Source: Veleropilina oligotropha (lineage: Eukaryota). Taken from it: a DNA stretch of 64,000 bases. The stretch lies in the NCBI GenBank assembly GCA_048128005.1, contig JBEUKZ010000111.1:310001-374000 (forward strand), read 5' to 3'. Positions 59,489 through 64,000 of this stretch are shown here, in pieces; positions within the stretch are counted from its first letter, which is position 1, and every line of letters begins with the position of its first letter. The notes below the pieces were generated by a model that saw nothing but the letters and a program-made list of their open reading frames with translations, was not told the DNA's origin and searched no databases. The translations under genes and the position numbers were made by a program.

Positions 59489-61182
59489 ATGGTACGTGCC
59501 TCCCTCAGAGAACTACGCAATTTAGCGATAGATTACGGGCTTCCCGATCGGTCGAAGCTCAAGAAACACGACCTCATCAGGGCAATCGCCGGGGTCCGTG
59601 CTGCCGAGTTTCAGAGGAGACTCGAGCGGGCGATGAAGACGGGAAGATTCCCCTCCATCCGTGGAGATGTGGAGAACCCCCACAAAAGAGGCCGTCGTGC
59701 TCGCGAATTGCGGCAGCTTAAGGACGAGGTCGAGGTGGCCCTCAAGGTCCGTAAATACGAAACCCAGGATGGGAAAAAGCCCGGGATACGACAGAAGCCA
59801 CTTCGTAACATCACGGATCGAATCGTCAAGCCACACCTGCACGGTCCGACTCGATCTCGGAAAGAGACCCTTGCCTGGGCTATTGCTCGGAAGGGGCCCC
59901 GGGATCTTCTGAGAGATCACTTAACCCCGGATGAATATTATTCCCTTCTCGTTGATGATGTCGCAGTCCTGTTCCCCGATGGGGCTTATATTAAAACGGG
60001 CGCCGACGTCGTCCGTAAAGAAATTACCGAGGCTGTTGATGGTCGTAGATTCGACTTCCAGACTGTTGTACGGGGGCCTGACATCACAGATGACGGCGCA
60101 GTGTATTGGGTATCGTGCGAAAAGCGGGATCTTCGGGTGACGCTGGGCATGGCCTCGGAGGTGTTGGATCTTCTAGACCCCGACACACAATACAAGTTGT
60201 TCACGGTAGTGGGGAAATCGGCCAAGGAGCCTCTTGCGCAAGTGACAGAGGAAGTGGGTGTGTCTGAGCAGCACATTAAGGGGCAGGGGGTGGTTCGCGT
60301 AGACCAGGTCAGCGCCGCGGCTCTTCACGGCATTGACCAGCATGCTTGGGAGAAGGAGCGAGAATATCTCGTCTATGTTAGGTACGAGCTGCGTCCGCTT
60401 CCGGAGCAAAAAGGAGAACCGGGGCCAATGCTAGCCCCTCAAGAAGACGGAGAGTTTGTAAACTGCTTCATTCGCTGTGTGGTGGACCACTTCCAGAACC
60501 CAATGACGAAAGCCGGAGATGGGTTAACGCGGAGCCGCAGACAGATTCTTGAGCAGTTCGACCGAAAGCTTGCAGAACGGGGCTGCACACGCGAGGATAT
60601 GTTCTCCATTGAAGCGGCTCTCAAAGTCAAGCTTGTTGCCGTCGACGAGTTAGGCAACACTCTATGGGACAGCGGTAAATACAAGAGCCGTCCCAAGATT
60701 CGGGTGCCGTGCCATAACAATCACGCATGGGCAAGAATCCCAACCGATCCGCCCAAGATCTTACAGGTTTACAGTCTCGACGACATCGCAGAACGGGCCC
60801 TTACGTCTGCGGCCCAGAAGACCACTGTGACCCCAAAGACTACTGCGGCCCAGAAGACCATGGACCAAACTACAAGAGAGGTTCTGATCGCATTTGCCAC
60901 CAGGGCCATCCCATCGATGGTCAGGGTCTGGGTATGTGTACAGGCTCTCGTGGGTAGCGATGGTTCCCTGTGGAGGTCGAGCGCCGAGGGTATGGCTATT
61001 GACCGCGCTTTCGAGGACGAGACGCATTGGCATCCTTCCGAGATTCCCGAAGAGCTTAAGAAGCTTGAAGAGGAATACCACCGAGCTTCCCACTCCATGG
61101 GTGGCGCCACGTCTTACCGGTTCCAGAAGTGGTTGGCCCGCGAGGAGATCAAGCCAACGCCAGAAAACCACCGGGACACCAG
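59489..61182 (+). pseudogene. N-terminal part of a second replicase fusion gene, interrupted by Harbinger
   Basis: First ~130 aa nearly identical to the 8127 ORF; later NC...VV.HF, GLT..RRQ, SGKY, CHN.HAW shared; last ORF-track residues come from the Harbinger TIR. Confidence 0.85.
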
Positions 61183-62999
61183 GGCCTGGTTGTTCAAAAC
61201 TCTGGTTAAGCTAACCATGGTTAAGTCCTAACCAGCGGATAAAATCCTTAACCATCGGATAGCTAACCACTGGTTAAATTCCAGTTGCTCAAAACATTTT
61301 TATCCGGTGGTTAGCTATCCGATGGTTAAGGAATTTAACCACCGGTTAAGAATGTTCTAAAATCCCATAATGCAATTGTCAGAAATTGTTGCATAATGGC
61401 CGACGCTGTCACAGTAGGGGCAAAACGACCACGAAAGGTTAATTTCACTGTGATAGAGTGCAATACGCTGATAGAAGCTATAAGACCAAAGCTTGAAGCA
61501 ATCAATGGAAAGCTGACAAATTTAATAACAAATACTTACAAGAAGAAGTTGTGGCAAGAGGTTGCAGATGCTGTTACAGCTGTAGGGATTGCCACACCAG
61601 CCCCTACAGAATGCAAAGACAAGTGGCGGAACCTACAGAAGGCGGCTAAGCAGTCCTTTATCAAAAAAAGAAAGGAAATGAATCAAACTGGGGGTGGTCC
61701 TCCCCCTGAGGAGCCAACGACGCAAGATAAAATTATTGCGATTTTTGAAAAAACTCCATCATATATTGGCCTCGAAGGAGTTGAAAGCGACTTCATTGGA
61801 AATGGTAAGTTTAAATGTTAATTGGGTAAATTGTTATTGTTTAACTTTGGTTGTATTGTTTTTATTAAATCAGAGTTGTCATTTGTGTTTACTAAAACGT
61901 GCCATTGCCGTGTGTATCATTAGGCTAGTAACTTACTAATCTAACATAATATGTCGGTTATGATTCGTCGATACTGTGTTGACACACTTTAAATGCATCG
62001 GAAATGAATTTCGGGACATTTAATTGTTTATTAACTGAAAAAATGCATTCAGACATGCATCGGACAACATTTTCAGCAACCTTTTATCGATTGAACAGAC
62101 ATACTGTGAAATGTCATAACGCTGTCGTCTGCTATTAAAATAAAACGACCTTGACATTTATTGTTGTGGTAATATTATTAGAACACATGAGAACGAGGCT
62201 TGGTGTAAAATGTAGTTATTCTTTATATTTTCAATATTGAGAATAGTTAATAAATATAACATTGCATATATAATAATAGTACTTACTTGATTGTTCCGTT
62301 CTGTGTTAGCAATTTGGTGTCATCAGTGATATATACTCACTTATCAACTACATGTATTTACAAATGACCATCATGACATTACGCGATAGTTCATGCTACC
62401 CGGATGCGAAGCCAGATATTTCGCCTCCCAGCGTATTCGCCCAGTACATGCTCGTCCCTTTATCTATGTCTTTTCGCTCCACCAATAAAGCTATCGAAGG
62501 TGTATATTATATATATACGTAATATAATATTTCTTCAACACAAATTGCGTTTCTGTGTGATATATTTACGAGGTAACGCTGATGCGTGGACTTACGGCGA
62601 ACTACAAAATGCAATCTATCATAAACTGTATTGATGTACATTATAATTTATAGTTGCTTGGCGTCCGTTGCTGTATACTTGAGGTCGAATGTCGCCAAGA
62701 TACGCGCCGTTTAACATAGAATGTAGGGAAGAAGATTATATATATTATATAATAGAAATATATTATAACTAAACTATGGGGCGAACTGGCATAGTGTGGA
62801 ACGACGATGCAGACGCGAATAATTAAGGGGTGAATTATCTGTCACCAACTGCATACATGTATTATTGGCACATCGAGAGTGTATTATTATATTTCTTAAA
62901 TTAATATAAATAACATTTTTATGACACCACAATATTGTAGTTTCCTAAATCAATTTATTTCAACAAATTATCATTCAATAATGCATGAGACTACGTAGT

Positions 63000-63036
<37 letters not shown>

Positions 63037-63897
63037 AGTTAAATAAAATGCATAATGTCCAAACAAATCGATCACTAATAGGCACAACTAAGTGATAAAC
63101 GAATCTTTGCTTTTTTCATATTTTATGGATAATATTAAAAACAGAAATAACGGTTAACTTATATATTTATACATACATATACTGTGCATGCCCGCAAAAT
63201 GTAATTCACGTGTTTAATACATAATGAGCTTTATATGATAAGTTCATTTCTTAAAAATAGGTATATAACAATAATGGATATTTACCGATGAGCAAATTAA
63301 TTCAATGAATCAGGGGGAGCACTGATCCCCCCCCCCCCCGAAATATTTACATCTAGAAAAATATTTTTTGCTGTGTATATAAACAAATCCATTATATAAA
63401 AGTAATTCCACTATACAAAACACGCTTTACGTCTATGATAATTAACTATAGTGGATATATAGACGTTCATAGCAGTTCATATTATAATGTATTCATAGGC
63501 GGATCCTGAAATGAATACCTGCAATCCATATACTTTATTACAATGTAATACTCTTAACCGTAAGGGGATATTGAAGTCTATCATGCAGATTATTTTATCT
63601 ACAGCTTCGCCAATATCACCTGCTGAAGCAGAAGGTAATTCTCCGGACCAACATGAAGATAGGCCTACAACTCCAGACAAACCAGCAGAGATAAATAGTT
63701 CATCACCTCGACCAAAGCGCAGGAAGGCAGACAGCCAGCGACTTTTGGAGCTGCAATGTGAAGTGTATGAGGGCGAGCTGGTGAAGCAGAAGCTTCAGAT
63801 TGAACTTCTGAAAAATCTCATTAAAAAGCAAACGTCAGAAGCTATTCCACCGTTCAGTCCACTGTCCGGATTTTCTTTTGGTGCTATCATGCAATAA
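61183..63897 (+). mobile_element. PIF/Harbinger DNA transposon, left part (right end not seen)
   Basis: Starts GGCCTGGTTGTTCAAAAC after ACACCAG; subterminal TTAACC/GGTTAA palindromic array; Myb/SANT gene. Confidence 0.7.
61396..63897 (+). CDS. Myb/SANT-like DNA-binding protein of Harbinger, spliced (61396-61804 and 63605-63897)
   Basis: RKVNFT..E...LI, KKKLWQEVA, CKDKWRNL, TGGGPP; GTAAGT donor at 61805 and CTACAG acceptor at 63604 join in phase 1 to a coiled-coil C-terminus; further exons cannot be excluded. Confidence 0.7.
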
Positions 63898-64000
63898 AAT
63901 TTAATAACATATATATATATATTATATATGACATACAGATATCATGGACGTAGCCAGAGGTGGTCGGGGGTTCGATCGACCCCATCCTTCTTCGTGACAA

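Larger units (their letters stand above)
58488..61182 (+). mobile_element. Truncated second Polinton-like element related to 7156-23963
   Basis: Shared subterminal motifs (GGCTCCCAGC, GGGTAGCTTAGA, TACCCTCGCCGGCCCGGGCT, TTAGAGACTGGTATA), homologous Cys-rich ORF and replicase N-terminus; high GC; left boundary approximate. Confidence 0.85.

Overview
Repeat-dense, AT-rich eukaryotic DNA from an invertebrate animal (lophotrochozoan-like is a guess), made almost entirely of nested mobile elements. The main feature is a complete, GC-rich, ~16.8 kb integrated Polinton-like/Maverick-type DNA virus at 7156-23963. It has AGCAGCAG...CTGCTGCT inverted termini and a 5-bp ACTAG target-site duplication. 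It encodes an rve integrase, an A32-type packaging ATPase, and probable major and minor jelly-roll capsid proteins. It is atypical in three ways. (1) Its replicase is a divergent family-B polymerase core fused to an SF1 helicase and a C-terminal HNH-like domain, split by one in-frame TAG. (2) No adenain-like protease is recognisable. (3) About eight ORFs carry hydrophobic segments, and one begins with tandem ESCRT late-domain motifs (PSAP + LYPQL), which suggests a membrane-containing or budding virion. A truncated, mosaic relative lies at ~58490-61182 and is cut by a Harbinger element. The rest of the window holds an apparently intact Sola2-like transposon, a young intact BEL/Pao LTR retrotransposon, several LINE fragments, Crypton-like hairpin elements, MITEs, SINEs, satellites and a fragmented C2H2 zinc-finger gene. 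All family assignments come from motif recognition by eye, without database searches.
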